DNA from: an uncultured Acidobacteriota bacterium
Lineage (GTDB): Bacteria > Acidobacteriota > Terriglobia > Terriglobales > Acidobacteriaceae
Reading direction: 5' to 3'
Length of the DNA: 64,000 nt
NCBI GenBank assembly: GCA_963698805.1
Contig: CAVOSN010000005.1
Location: 155,553 to 219,552, forward strand
In this document: positions 45,121 to 54,933 of the stretch, in pieces
Layout: each line of letters opens with the position of its first letter
Numbering within the stretch: position 1 is the first letter of the stretch
Program-made: the position numbers and the translations under genes
Notes under the pieces: model-generated
Told to the model about the DNA's origin: nothing
Database searches by the model: none
The model's input: the letters and a program-made list of their open reading frames with translations, nothing else

Positions 45121-46218
45121 TTGGTTCCACCTGAGGATGGCGAGTCTGGGAGAATAACAGTGCTGGGCTGGGCGGAGTCTGAGAGAGAGCGATGTGCGCA
45201 TGCATTGGTTGCTCGATGTGCGCACGGGGCCGTGAACTGCAGATATGAGATCGTCGGCGATAGCGCTAAGCTGCGGGATTTGCTCGAACTGATCGAGCGC
45301 GTGGCGCCGACCTCTTCTACAGTTCTGATCCAGGGAGAAAGCGGAACTGGAAAAGAATTGGTTGCGCGCGCACTGCACCGCAACAGCCCGCGCGCGGATG
45401 GACCACTCATCGCGATCAATTGTGCAGCTCTCACCGAAACACTCCTGGAGAGTGAACTGTTTGGCCATGAGAAGGGCGCGTTCACTGGCGCCATCTCGCG
45501 CAAGAAGGGGAAGATCGAGATGGCGGAAGGCGGGACATTGTTTCTCGACGAGATCAGCGAACTCGCAGGGGGCATGCAGGCGAAACTGTTGCGCGCGTTG
45601 CAGGAGCGGGAGTTTGATCCGGTGGGCGGAACGCGATCGGTGAAGGTCAATGTGCGCGTGATTGCCGCGACCAATCGCAATCTTGCGGAGGAAGTGCAGG
45701 CGGGGAGGTTCCGCAGCGATCTGTTCTATCGGCTGAATGTGGTGAGTCTGACGACGCCCAGTTTGCGTGACAGACGCGAGGATATCCCGCTGCTGGCGCA
45801 GAATTTTGTTGCAAAGGTCAGCGAGAAATATCACGTGCCTCCCAAAAAGCTCTCGGCCGAGGCGCTCACCCTGTTGATGCAGTACGACTGGCCGGGCAAT
45901 GTGCGTGAACTGGAGAACGCGATCGAGCGGGCGGTAGTGCTGGGGGCGTCGGAGGAGATTGTTGCTGAGGACTTGCCCGCTACCCTGCGCGAACCAGTGC
46001 ATTGCGAGACGGCGGACTCGGGTTTTCAGGGAGCGGTGAAGGAAAACAAGAAGCAGTTGGTGCTGCAGGCTCTTGAAAAAGCCAACGGCTACTATGTGGA
46101 CGCTGCGAAGATTCTGGGGTTGCATCCCAATTCGCTGTTGCGCTTGATTCGAACACTGGGGCTGCGAACTGTCGCGAACGGAGCGGTTGGGCCGCACGTG
46201 GGGCGGTTGCCTGCTTAG
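45121..46218 (+). CDS. Sigma-54-dependent transcriptional activator lacking an N-terminal sensory/receiver domain (PspF-like architecture)
   Basis: AAA+ core (GESGTGKE Walker [16 protein letters not shown] with GAFTGA loop) begins within about 45 aa of any possible start (TTG 45121 or GTG 45160). C-terminal Fis-type HTH ([17 protein letters not shown]). Confidence 0.9.
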   Translation: MVPPEDGESGRITVLGWAESERERCAHALVARCAHGAVNCRYEIVGDSAKLRDLLELIERVAPTSSTVLIQGESGTGKELVARALHRNSPRADGPLIAINCAALTETLLESELFGHEKGAFTGAISRKKGKIEMAEGGTLFLDEISELAGGMQAKLLRALQEREFDPVGGTRSVKVNVRVIAATNRNLAEEVQAGRFRSDLFYRLNVVSLTTPSLRDRREDIPLLAQNFVAKVSEKYHVPPKKLSAEALTLLMQYDWPGNVRELENAIERAVVLGASEEIVAEDLPATLREPVHCETADSGFQGAVKENKKQLVLQALEKANGYYVDAAKILGLHPNSLLRLIRTLGLRTVANGAVGPHVGRLPA

Positions 46219-46325
46219 TTCCGCGCACTGGCGCATTCTTCGTAGTTCTGTCGACGGTCTCTACCTCGCCCTTCAGGCGCATCGTAAAAATGCGTCAAGG
46301 TCCGTGCTGCACTCGGCAGGCGCGG

Positions 46326-46373
46326 GTCCCTCGACTGCGTTCGGCTGTCGCCTGACTCCGCTCGGGATGACAA
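46326..46373 (+). repeat. Dispersed 48-nt repeat, copy B
   Basis: GTCCCTCGACTGCGTTCGGCTGTCGCCTGACTCCGCTCGGGATGACAA. 43 of 48 positions identical to copy A. Confidence 0.65.
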
Positions 46374-46435
46374 TGTGAAGGGAAAGCTGCGCGTTGTTGC
46401 TCATCGACGGTAATTGACTTGCGAGGAGTGCGTCC

Positions 46436-48031
46436 TTACGCCGCAGATCTTCGACCAGCGAGCGCCTCTCGAATTTTCGGCGCATAAAAAATCCCAACGC
46501 CAATCAGCACCATGATGGCCGACAGGCCAACGATTTTCGCTACGGCTAGCGGTTTATTCGGCTCGTCGGGCGGAGGCAGCACGGAGATCGCAATCGTGGC
46601 TGTGGTCGTGAGGAAGCCGACGATCGCTACCAGCCGGGCGACTGGTTTTCCGCCGGGGACCCGAATGATGCCGGGCGCCGCGGGCTCCCGTTGCAGTTTG
46701 TACATGGCAGCGAACAAATAGAGGTAGGGAATGAAGTAGGTGATCACACCCATGCTGACCAGAACGTCGTAGGCGCCTTTCACGCTAGTGCCGGCCTGCC
46801 CCAGAAAAATGAACAGGGCGCCGAAGACGAATTGGGTGAGCAGTCCCACCCAGGGCGTCTTCCAGCGCGGATGCAAAGCCCCGAACGCGCGCGGCAGGAA
46901 GCGGTCGATGCCGGCGACATAGGGAAGACGAGCCACGGCCGCCAGGTACGCGCCCGCCGCTCCTACGTTGCTCATCATGATCAGAAAAGCAGCAAATGGA
47001 ATCACAGCCTCCCAATGAAGTTTTTGGGCAGTGCTTGAAATGGCCTGCATCAGTCCCTGCAAATTGCCAACTTGCGACGATGGCAGCGCGAGAAGAACGC
47101 CCACGGTGCCGGCGATGTAACAGAAGGCCACCGTGATGCCCGCAAGGAACAAAGCCCATGGAATGGCACGGCGGGCATTCTTGATTTCGTCGCCCATGAG
47201 CGAAGCGGTCTCGCACCCGGCAAAGGCGTAGACCAGCACGGACCAGAACACCATGTCTTTGATCTGCGTGCTCGGAGTGAAGGTGTGCGCGTTGAAGACG
47301 GTGGCGGAGCCGAACCGACTATAGGCGATTGCGCCCATGAGGATCACAATGCCAGCGGGAATCAACATGGCCAGGGCGCCGAGGTTGTGCAGCCAGGTGC
47401 CGACGTCGAGCCCGACGAGGTTCATTAATGTGGCGATGGTGAGCGTCACGAGGGCGAACACGATGAAGAAGGTGGGATTGTGCTCGAGATGTCCCAGAGA
47501 GTCGTGCCGCATGTAGAGCGCGTTGCTGGCGGCGAAGTAGAGCGCGGCGGGGAAGTAAGGGAGGTTACAGGTCCAGTAGCACCAGGCGGTGATGAATCCG
47601 GCGAAGTCGCCGAAGGCGTGCTTGGTCCAGACGTAGATTCCGCCCTCGCTGGGGTATCGGGACGAAAGCTCGATGACCGAGAGAGCGAGGGGCGTGTAGA
47701 ACACCAGCCAGGCGCCGATCCAGATCACGATCGAGCTAGGGCCCGCCGCTGCGGCGGTTGCGATCCAGCGCAGGCTGATTCCGGTGACTACGTAGAACAG
47801 CAGCAGGTCGCGAAAGCCGAGAGCCTTCCGTGGACGATTCGGATCCTCCACCTCTGCAATGGAGACTCCGGAACTTAGAAATTGCGAAGCTCGTGCTGCG
47901 TCCGGTATGGGCGGGTCAGGCAAGCAGGGGTTCCCGTAGTGGCAATACAGAACATCAGGTGGAGAAGGAATACCATCGGCATGCTTAGCAGAGCAAGGTA
48001 AAAGCCTGTTTTCCTCGGCAAACCAGTGCAA
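46436..48031 (-). CDS. APC-superfamily amino acid/polyamine permease
   Basis: Polytopic ORF with about 12 hydrophobic helices. The true start is probably downstream of 48031 (for example GTG 47851) because the first 55 aa or so look non-genic. Confidence 0.85.
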   Translation of the reverse strand: MHWFAEENRLLPCSAKHADGIPSPPDVLYCHYGNPCLPDPPIPDAARASQFLSSGVSIAEVEDPNRPRKALGFRDLLLFYVVTGISLRWIATAAAAGPSSIVIWIGAWLVFYTPLALSVIELSSRYPSEGGIYVWTKHAFGDFAGFITAWCYWTCNLPYFPAALYFAASNALYMRHDSLGHLEHNPTFFIVFALVTLTIATLMNLVGLDVGTWLHNLGALAMLIPAGIVILMGAIAYSRFGSATVFNAHTFTPSTQIKDMVFWSVLVYAFAGCETASLMGDEIKNARRAIPWALFLAGITVAFCYIAGTVGVLLALPSSQVGNLQGLMQAISSTAQKLHWEAVIPFAAFLIMMSNVGAAGAYLAAVARLPYVAGIDRFLPRAFGALHPRWKTPWVGLLTQFVFGALFIFLGQAGTSVKGAYDVLVSMGVITYFIPYLYLFAAMYKLQREPAAPGIIRVPGGKPVARLVAIVGFLTTTATIAISVLPPPDEPNKPLAVAKIVGLSAIMVLIGVGIFYAPKIREALAGRRSAA

Positions 48032-48142
48032 GAGAGCGCGGCGATTCTAGGCCCGGGCTACCCTGCCTGAACGGAGAGCAACCTTCGTAGATTGACAATG
48101 CGATTCGCTCGCAATAGCGTTCCAAGAGAAATCCTTCTTCCA

Positions 48143-49999
48143 ATGACATTTTTTCAGAATTCCTTGCGCTCCCTTCCGAAGTACAAATCAACTCTTCTTG
48201 CGGCGATTCTTGTCTGTGTTTTTGCGGTGGCTGGTTCCGCTGGGCCGAGCGAGCAAGTTCCCGTTGCGTCTGATCCCAAGCTCTACCTTGACGATGTGAA
48301 GGCTTTGACGACGCCGGCGATGGAGGGCCGAGGAGATGGCACCAAGGGTTTGACGCTCGCGGCGCACATGCTCGAAAAGCGCTACCGTCAACTCGGGCTG
48401 AAGCCGGCGGGTTCGAATTCTTACTTTCAGCCCTTCAGCGTGATCACTGGAGCGAAACTGCGATCGGCGCACAATCGCTTTACGGTCGAAGAGTCTGAGA
48501 AGAAGACAGACCTGAAATTGAATCAGGATTTTGTTCCCTTTAGCTTCTCTTCGTCGGAGGCGATGAGCGCTCCGGTGGTGTTTGCGGGATACGGCGCATC
48601 CGCCGAGGAATTTGGGTACGACGACTATGCCGGCGTGGACGTTAAAGACAAGATCGTGGTTGTACTGCGTTATGAGCCGGCGTCCTTCGCTGACAAGGCA
48701 GGGAATACTGGCCTGACGCGACATGCCCAGTTGATCACCAAGGCAATCAACGCGCGGAATCACGGCGCAAAAGCGCTGGTGCTGGTCAACGGAAAGCTGG
48801 GCGACGGCGAAGAAGATCTCCTGACCCGATTCGGCAGCGTCAGCGGTCCCGAGAATACCGGGATCGTGCTGGTGCAGGTGAAGAACGATGTGGCAGACCG
48901 CTGGTTCAAGGCGGCCGGCAAGTCGCTGGAAGAGGTGCAGGGGCAGATTAGTCATTCTGCGAAGCCGCAGTCCTTCGCGTTTCCCGACAGCCTCCGTATG
49001 GCAATCCATGTCGATATCGAAACGACGCGCGCCACGGTCAACAACGTCCTGGCCTATCTGCCGGGGAAGACCGACGAGTACGTGATTGTGGGCGCGCACT
49101 ACGATCACCTGGGTCGAGGCAACTACGATTCGCTGGCGCCTTCGCAGATCGGGCAGATCCATCCCGGCGCGGACGACAACGCGTCCGGCACCGCGGGTGT
49201 AATGGAGCTGGCGCGCATGTTTGCACCCATGAAAGGCGAGCTGCAGCGCGGCATTCTGTTCATGTCGTTCGCGGGAGAAGAACTGGGTCTGCTCGGCTCC
49301 GCCTACTGGGTAAAGCATCCGACCATGCCGATTGAAAAAGCGGTGGCCATGCTCAACATGGACATGATTGGGCGCATCAAGGATGACAAGGTCTTTATCG
49401 GCGGCGTGGGCACGGGATCGACATTGAAACCGGTGATCGAGCAAGCTGCGGCGAAGGAGAACTTCAAGGTCGAATATTCTCCCGGCGGCTACTCGGCGAG
49501 CGATCACACTTCTTTCGTGACCAAGCAAATCCCGGTGCTGTTCTTTTTTTCAGGGCTGCACTCCGACTATCACAAACCGTCCGATACCTGGGACAAGATC
49601 AACGCACAGTCCGCGGCGAAGCTGGTCGATGTCGTGGCCGACGCGGCGCGCCAACTTGCGTCGGCATCAGAGCGCCCCACGTTCGTGACCGTAATGGAAG
49701 ACAAGCCGCTCTCGGGCGTCGGAGGCAGCGGCTACGGCCCATACTTTGGATCGATCCCGGACTTTGGGCAAGTGGAGAACGGCGTGAAGTTCTCCGATGT
49801 GAAGCCTGCGTCCCCCGCAGACAAGGCCGGGTTCAAAGCCGGGGATATCCTGGTACAGTTCGGGGACAAGCCCATCAAGAATCTCTACGACTTCACCGAC
49901 GCGCTGCGGAGAAGCAAGGTCGGCGACGTGGTCGAAGTCACCGTGATGCGGGACGGCAAGCCAGTGAAGGCCTCTGTGAAATTGGAGCAGAGGAAGTAG
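48143..49999 (+). CDS. Secreted M28-family aminopeptidase with PA domain and C-terminal PDZ domain
   Basis: Signal peptide after ATG 48143. PA-like VDVKDKIVVVLRYEP. M28 motifs GAHYDHLG and DDNASGTAGVMELAR. PDZ-like VKPASPADKAGFKAGDILVQFGDKPI. Confidence 0.85.
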   Translation: MTFFQNSLRSLPKYKSTLLAAILVCVFAVAGSAGPSEQVPVASDPKLYLDDVKALTTPAMEGRGDGTKGLTLAAHMLEKRYRQLGLKPAGSNSYFQPFSVITGAKLRSAHNRFTVEESEKKTDLKLNQDFVPFSFSSSEAMSAPVVFAGYGASAEEFGYDDYAGVDVKDKIVVVLRYEPASFADKAGNTGLTRHAQLITKAINARNHGAKALVLVNGKLGDGEEDLLTRFGSVSGPENTGIVLVQVKNDVADRWFKAAGKSLEEVQGQISHSAKPQSFAFPDSLRMAIHVDIETTRATVNNVLAYLPGKTDEYVIVGAHYDHLGRGNYDSLAPSQIGQIHPGADDNASGTAGVMELARMFAPMKGELQRGILFMSFAGEELGLLGSAYWVKHPTMPIEKAVAMLNMDMIGRIKDDKVFIGGVGTGSTLKPVIEQAAAKENFKVEYSPGGYSASDHTSFVTKQIPVLFFFSGLHSDYHKPSDTWDKINAQSAAKLVDVVADAARQLASASERPTFVTVMEDKPLSGVGGSGYGPYFGSIPDFGQVENGVKFSDVKPASPADKAGFKAGDILVQFGDKPIKNLYDFTDALRRSKVGDVVEVTVMRDGKPVKASVKLEQRK

Positions 50000-50002
50000 A
50001 AG

Positions 50003-51010
50003 TCAGGGGGCGTGACGAAGAACATTCGCAACGTTAGTGATGCCGATCGCCGAGGCGGCCGCCAGAATCGAGCTGAGGACAGCGATTCCCCACAACACTC
50101 TCCTGTCCTTGGGAATCCAGCGATACAACGCCAGCAGCGCAAAGGGAAGAATGGGAATCGCGAAGCGCGCGAAGTTGCCGCGGGCCCAGTGCGAATAGTT
50201 GTACGTGTAGAGGGTCCAGAGGTACGGGGCAAGAAAAATGGTCTCGACCAAGTGGGGTAGCTGCTGACATTGGCGAGCGGATCGTTGAAATGGCGCGCCA
50301 ACGGCAAGACGTAAAGTCCTCCTACGACCGCTCCGATCAGAATCGCGGCGAGCAACGTGCGCCAGTCACGCCGGATCAGCAGTGCGATCCCAATCCCAAG
50401 CAAGGCAAACACCCCGAGCGGACGAACAATGGTCGCCAGAGAGGCAAGCAGTGCGGCGACTAGCCAGCGTTCTTTGCGGGCCATCAGGAACGATCCGAAG
50501 AGCAACGCAACGAACAGAGGTTCGGATCCTCCTAGGTACGAACGCTGGAGCCAGTCGAAATTCAGGACCGCAAAGAAACCGGCGATCCATCCGTCCCAGA
50601 GAATCCAGGCAAGCGCGGCCGCCGCGATTGATGCGACGACACTGATCGCAAGCAGGCGGTGCGGTCCGACACTCGCGTGACGGTGGAGGGCGCCGCCATC
50701 GCGTAGGGAAGCCCCCAGAATTGCTTGACCACCACGCCTTCAAAGTCCAGTGCCGAGTCGCCGAAGCGAGTGTCATGTAGGCGGAACTGTCGCCGAAATC
50801 GTCCACTGCGGCTGCGTAGTTGCGGAACAAAGCGAGAAAGGTCACAAAAACTACGCATGTTGCGAGGCATAGCGCGAATATCTCGCGGCGCGAGGGAGCG
50901 ATCTTCCATCTTGAGGTTGCCCTGAGGGCATGCTCGCGATCCGCCGAGACAGGGGCACTTGTGCTGGGGTTGAAGATCGACATGAAACAGCAGTGTAGCG
51001 CGCTCGCCAT
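50003..51010 (-). pseudogene. Polytopic GT-C-like membrane glycosyltransferase-family gene broken by three frame shifts
   Basis: Family-like sequence continues across four frames: ...YMTLASATRHW | DFEGVVVKQFWGLPYAMAA | SVGPHRLLAISVV...FDWLQRSYLGGSEPLFVALLFGSFLMARKERWLVAALLASLATIVRPLG...ANVSSY | HLVETIFLAPYLWTLYTYNYSHW... Shifts near 50748, 50691 and 50255. Confidence 0.65.
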
Positions 51011-51066
51011 GCATTTCGTTGGGCATCGTCACAGAACGTTCAAGCATCGTCGCTTATACTTCGGGC

Positions 51067-52035
51067 ATGAAAGTTCTGGTGATTGGCGGCGCCGGGTATA
51101 TCGGCAGTCACGCGGCGCGCATCCTGCGGCGGCATGGTCACGATGTCATCATTTATGACAATCTTTCAACCGGCCACGAGTTTCTCGCGAAAGGCTTTGA
51201 ACTCGTGGTCGGAGATATCGCGGAGAACGACAAGCTTCGCCGCGAATTGAGCCGCGTCGAGGCAGTGATGCACTTCGCTGCGCACGCCTACGTCGGCGAG
51301 TCGACCGCCAATCCCAGGAAGTATTTTCGAAACAACGTGGAGAGCGCGCTGACGCTTCTGAACGCCACGCTGGATACCGGCATCAAGAAATTCGTGTTTT
51401 CCTCCACCTGCGCGGTATACGGAACGCCTGCCAAGGTGCCGATCACGGAAGGCACTCCGCGCCAGCCCATCAATCCGTACGGAGTGACGAAGCTTTTCAT
51501 GGAAAACGCGCTGGAAGCTTACGATCACGCCTACGGGTTGCGATTTGCGGCCCTGCGCTATTTCAATGCTGCCGGTGCCGACGAAAACGGAGAGATCGGG
51601 GAAGTTCACAGCCCCGAGACGCACCTGATCCCTCTGGCGCTGCGAGCTACGCGAAAAGAATCTGAGCCGCTGCAGATTTTTGGAACCGACTATCCCACGA
51701 GCGATGGAACTTGTATTCGCGATTACATCCACGTGAACGATCTGGGGGAAGCGCACGCCCTGGCGCTAAGTCGGTTGGCGGAAGGGCAGCCTTCATTCGC
51801 TGCGAACCTTGGCACGGGACAGGGGTACTCGGTGGTCGAAATTTTGAAAGCCGTGGAGCAGGTGACGCGGACCCCAGTCCATCGCAACGAAGTGCCACGC
51901 CGCGCCGGCGATCCCCCGGAGTTAGTTGCAGATCCTGCGCGCGCGCAACATTTGCTGGGATGGAAGGCGAACCGTTCGCTGCACGACATCGTGACGACCG
52001 CCTGGAAATGGATGCAGAAGTACGAATCGCGCTGA
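51067..52035 (+). CDS. galE: UDP-glucose 4-epimerase
   Basis: MKVLVIGGAGYIGSH Rossmann motif and PYGVTK (YxxxK). 322 aa from ATG 51067. Confidence 0.9.
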   Translation: MKVLVIGGAGYIGSHAARILRRHGHDVIIYDNLSTGHEFLAKGFELVVGDIAENDKLRRELSRVEAVMHFAAHAYVGESTANPRKYFRNNVESALTLLNATLDTGIKKFVFSSTCAVYGTPAKVPITEGTPRQPINPYGVTKLFMENALEAYDHAYGLRFAALRYFNAAGADENGEIGEVHSPETHLIPLALRATRKESEPLQIFGTDYPTSDGTCIRDYIHVNDLGEAHALALSRLAEGQPSFAANLGTGQGYSVVEILKAVEQVTRTPVHRNEVPRRAGDPPELVADPARAQHLLGWKANRSLHDIVTTAWKWMQKYESR

Positions 52036-52111
52036 CCAGACTTGCAGAATGAGGAAAACCGCGGCGTCTGCGCATTTATACTCGATGGGCAAGTCCTGAG
52101 GGATAGCAGCC

Positions 52112-54016
52112 GTGTGCGGAATTGTGGGGATTCTGGCGCGAGGATCCGAAGTTCCAGAACAGTTGCTGGAGCGGGCAACCCAATCGCTCGCCCATCGCGG
52201 GCCCGATGATCACGGCACCGTTATCCTTCGCGAAACGGTACCCGAGCCACTCGAACTCGGCCTGGGCAACCGCCGCCTGGCCATCCTCGACCTTTCGCCG
52301 TTAGGCCACCAGCCGATGCAGGATCCCACCACGGGCAACTGGCTCGTCCACAACGGCGAAATCTATAACTTTCGCGAAGTGCGCACCCGGCTCCAGCAGG
52401 AAGGGGTTCAGTTCGTCAGCCAGTCTGATACGGAAGTGATCCTGAAGGCGTATGCGCGCTGGGGTGAAGATTGTGTGGCCGAGTTCCGCGGAATGTTTGC
52501 CTTCGCGTTGTGGGACGCGAAGCATCATCGATTGCTGATCGCGCGCGACCCGATGGGAATCAAGCCACTGTACTACTGGAACAGCGATCGACATTTTCTG
52601 TTTGCGTCCGAGCTGCGAACTTTGCTGCAGACGGGGCTGATCCCGCGCAAGCTGAATCACAGCGCCCTGTTGAACTACCTTGCGTTCGGATCCGTGTACG
52701 AACCCGATACCTTGATTGATGGCGTGTTCGCCTTGCCGCCGGGTCACGTGCTCACGTGGGAAGGTGGGCGAGTTTCTGTGCGCCAGTACTGGGATCTTGG
52801 CAGTGAAAAAGCGGGAACAGCGCCAGCAAGTTCAAACGGACATCATTCCGCCGATCACAGCCAGGTAGCGGCGTTGCTTGATGAGTCCGTGCGAATGCAA
52901 CTGGTTAGCGATGTGCCGGTCGGCGTGTTTCTTTCTGGGGGCATCGATTCGAGCAGCCTGGTTGCGATCCTGAGCCGCGCCGGCGTGCGAGCGAGCACGT
53001 TTTCGATTGTGTTTCGCGAAGCCGACTTTTCTGAGGCAGAACACTCTCGGGCAGTGGCCGCCTTGTTCAAGACAGATCATCACGAACTGCCAGTCTCTCA
53101 GGAAGATGCCCTCGCCGCGATTCCCGATGCACTGCGTGCGATGGATCAGCCGACCATCGACGGTGTGAACACGTATTTCGTCTCCCAGCGGACGCGCGCA
53201 GCAGGTGTGAAGGTGGCGTTATCGGGGCTGGGGGGAGACGAAATTTTCGGCGGGTACGGCAGTTTCCATGCGGTACCGCGCATGGAACGGTACGGCCAAC
53301 TCTGGGCGAATGTGCCGGGAGTGGCGCGCATGGCCATGTCTGGAGCATTCGAGTTGCTGGCGCCCGCGAGCGATCAGAGCCGCAAGCTGGCGGCCCTGAT
53401 CCGGGGCAACGGCAACGTGGTGCATCCATACTTTTTATCACGCCAGTTGTTCGTCCCCCGCACTCGCGCCGGCCTGATGCCTTCGCTTTCGCGCGAGACC
53501 CTGCAGCAGGCTGAGGCGCCGCTAAAGGAAAGCCTGCGACACACCAGAGGCATGGACCCGATCAACCGCGTTTCCTACCTTGAGTCGCGGTGTTATATGC
53601 TCAACACTTTGCTGCGCGATTCCGACATCATGAGCATGGCGCACGGGCTGGAGCTGCGCGTTCCGTTGATCGACCATTGCCTGGCTCAGCAAATGATCGC
53701 GATACCGGGAAGCTTGAAAGTAGGGGGTCCGTCGCCCAAGCATCTTCTGGTAGACGCGTTGCAGGGCGCTTTGCCCGATACGATTGTCCGGCGGCCGAAA
53801 AAGGGATTTACCCTGCCTTTCCAACATTGGATGCGGGACACGCTCCGGGCCGAAGTAGAGAGCACGTTGAAGAGAATCGGTAGCGGGCCGCTGAATGGAA
53901 TCGTGAGTTCTGAAGCTGCGCTGAGCGTGTGGGCCGGATTCGTGCGTGGTGAAACATCGTGGTCGCGTCCCTGGGCTCTCTTTGTTTTGCAGCGATGGTG
54001 CGAACAGAATATCTAG
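52112..54016 (+). CDS. Asparagine synthase-like glutamine amidotransferase, paralogue 1
   Basis: GTG start then CGIVG (Ntn Cys). PP-loop FLSGGIDSSSLVA. 634 aa, intact. Confidence 0.9.
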   Translation: MCGIVGILARGSEVPEQLLERATQSLAHRGPDDHGTVILRETVPEPLELGLGNRRLAILDLSPLGHQPMQDPTTGNWLVHNGEIYNFREVRTRLQQEGVQFVSQSDTEVILKAYARWGEDCVAEFRGMFAFALWDAKHHRLLIARDPMGIKPLYYWNSDRHFLFASELRTLLQTGLIPRKLNHSALLNYLAFGSVYEPDTLIDGVFALPPGHVLTWEGGRVSVRQYWDLGSEKAGTAPASSNGHHSADHSQVAALLDESVRMQLVSDVPVGVFLSGGIDSSSLVAILSRAGVRASTFSIVFREADFSEAEHSRAVAALFKTDHHELPVSQEDALAAIPDALRAMDQPTIDGVNTYFVSQRTRAAGVKVALSGLGGDEIFGGYGSFHAVPRMERYGQLWANVPGVARMAMSGAFELLAPASDQSRKLAALIRGNGNVVHPYFLSRQLFVPRTRAGLMPSLSRETLQQAEAPLKESLRHTRGMDPINRVSYLESRCYMLNTLLRDSDIMSMAHGLELRVPLIDHCLAQQMIAIPGSLKVGGPSPKHLLVDALQGALPDTIVRRPKKGFTLPFQHWMRDTLRAEVESTLKRIGSGPLNGIVSSEAALSVWAGFVRGETSWSRPWALFVLQRWCEQNI

Positions 54017-54026
54017 CGAGTTTTGC

Positions 54027-54926
54027 ATGCAGGAAGTAGAACAGACCCCAAGTCTCCAGCGCCGCACGTCTCCGGTACAAAAGTTGCCGGTGACGGTCAT
54101 TATTCCTGTGCGCAACGAGGCAAAGAATCTTCCGCGTTGTCTGAGGTCTCTGGGCGAAGTGGGTGAAGTGATTGTGGTGGACTCGCACAGCACAGACGCC
54201 ACGGTTGAAATCGCGCGCGAGTTCGGCGCGCAAGTCGTACAGTTTCATTACCAGGGTGGATGGCCGAAAAAGCGGCAGTGGGCTATGGACACCCTCCCGC
54301 TGGCCCATGACTGGGTTCTGCTACTCGATGCTGATGAAGTCCTAACTCCCGACTTGACCGCCGAAATTCGACGCGCCATCCAGAGCACGGAGATCAACGG
54401 TTACTACATCGCGCTCAGGATGTACTTCCTTGGCCGGGTGTTGCGCCACAGTGATGCCAGCTTCTGGAAGTTGTCACTTTTTCGCCGAGGGAAGGGAAAG
54501 TACGAGTGCCGGCTGAAGGATCAGGACGCTTCGATGGCGGATATGGAGGTCCATGAACACGTCTTCGTGGAGGGCAAGACCGCACGCCTGCAACATCCCC
54601 TGATTCATCACAACATAGAGTCGCTTTCACGATACATCCAGAAACACGATGAATATTCGAACTGGGAAGCGAAGGTGCTTTCGCAGGAATCTGGTGGGAG
54701 CGAAATTTCGGCTTCGTTGTTCGGAACCCAGGCGCAACGCCGCCGTTGGCTCAAGCAGAGACTTTTCGCAGTCCCGGGTTCACCCGTGCTTTTGTTTCTT
54801 TACCGGTATGTCTTCCGCCTTGGTCTTCTCGACGGCGTGCCGGGGCTGATTTATAGCAGCTTTCAAGCAGTCCAGATGTTTCACACCAAATCCAAAATCT
54901 ACGAATTACGCTCCAAAAAGGATTAG
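54027..54926 (+). CDS. Family 2 glycosyltransferase
   Basis: VTVIIPVRNEAKNL and LLLDADEVL (DxD) motifs. ATG 54027 lies 10 nt after the upstream stop. Confidence 0.85.
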   Translation: MQEVEQTPSLQRRTSPVQKLPVTVIIPVRNEAKNLPRCLRSLGEVGEVIVVDSHSTDATVEIAREFGAQVVQFHYQGGWPKKRQWAMDTLPLAHDWVLLLDADEVLTPDLTAEIRRAIQSTEINGYYIALRMYFLGRVLRHSDASFWKLSLFRRGKGKYECRLKDQDASMADMEVHEHVFVEGKTARLQHPLIHHNIESLSRYIQKHDEYSNWEAKVLSQESGGSEISASLFGTQAQRRRWLKQRLFAVPGSPVLLFLYRYVFRLGLLDGVPGLIYSSFQAVQMFHTKSKIYELRSKKD

Positions 54927-54933
54927 TCCAGGG

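Noticed and set aside
48091-48119. TTGACA-N17-TAGCGT as the promoter of the M28 peptidase gene.
   Set aside because: The -10 hexamer is weak. It is plausible but not supportable as a feature without TSS data.
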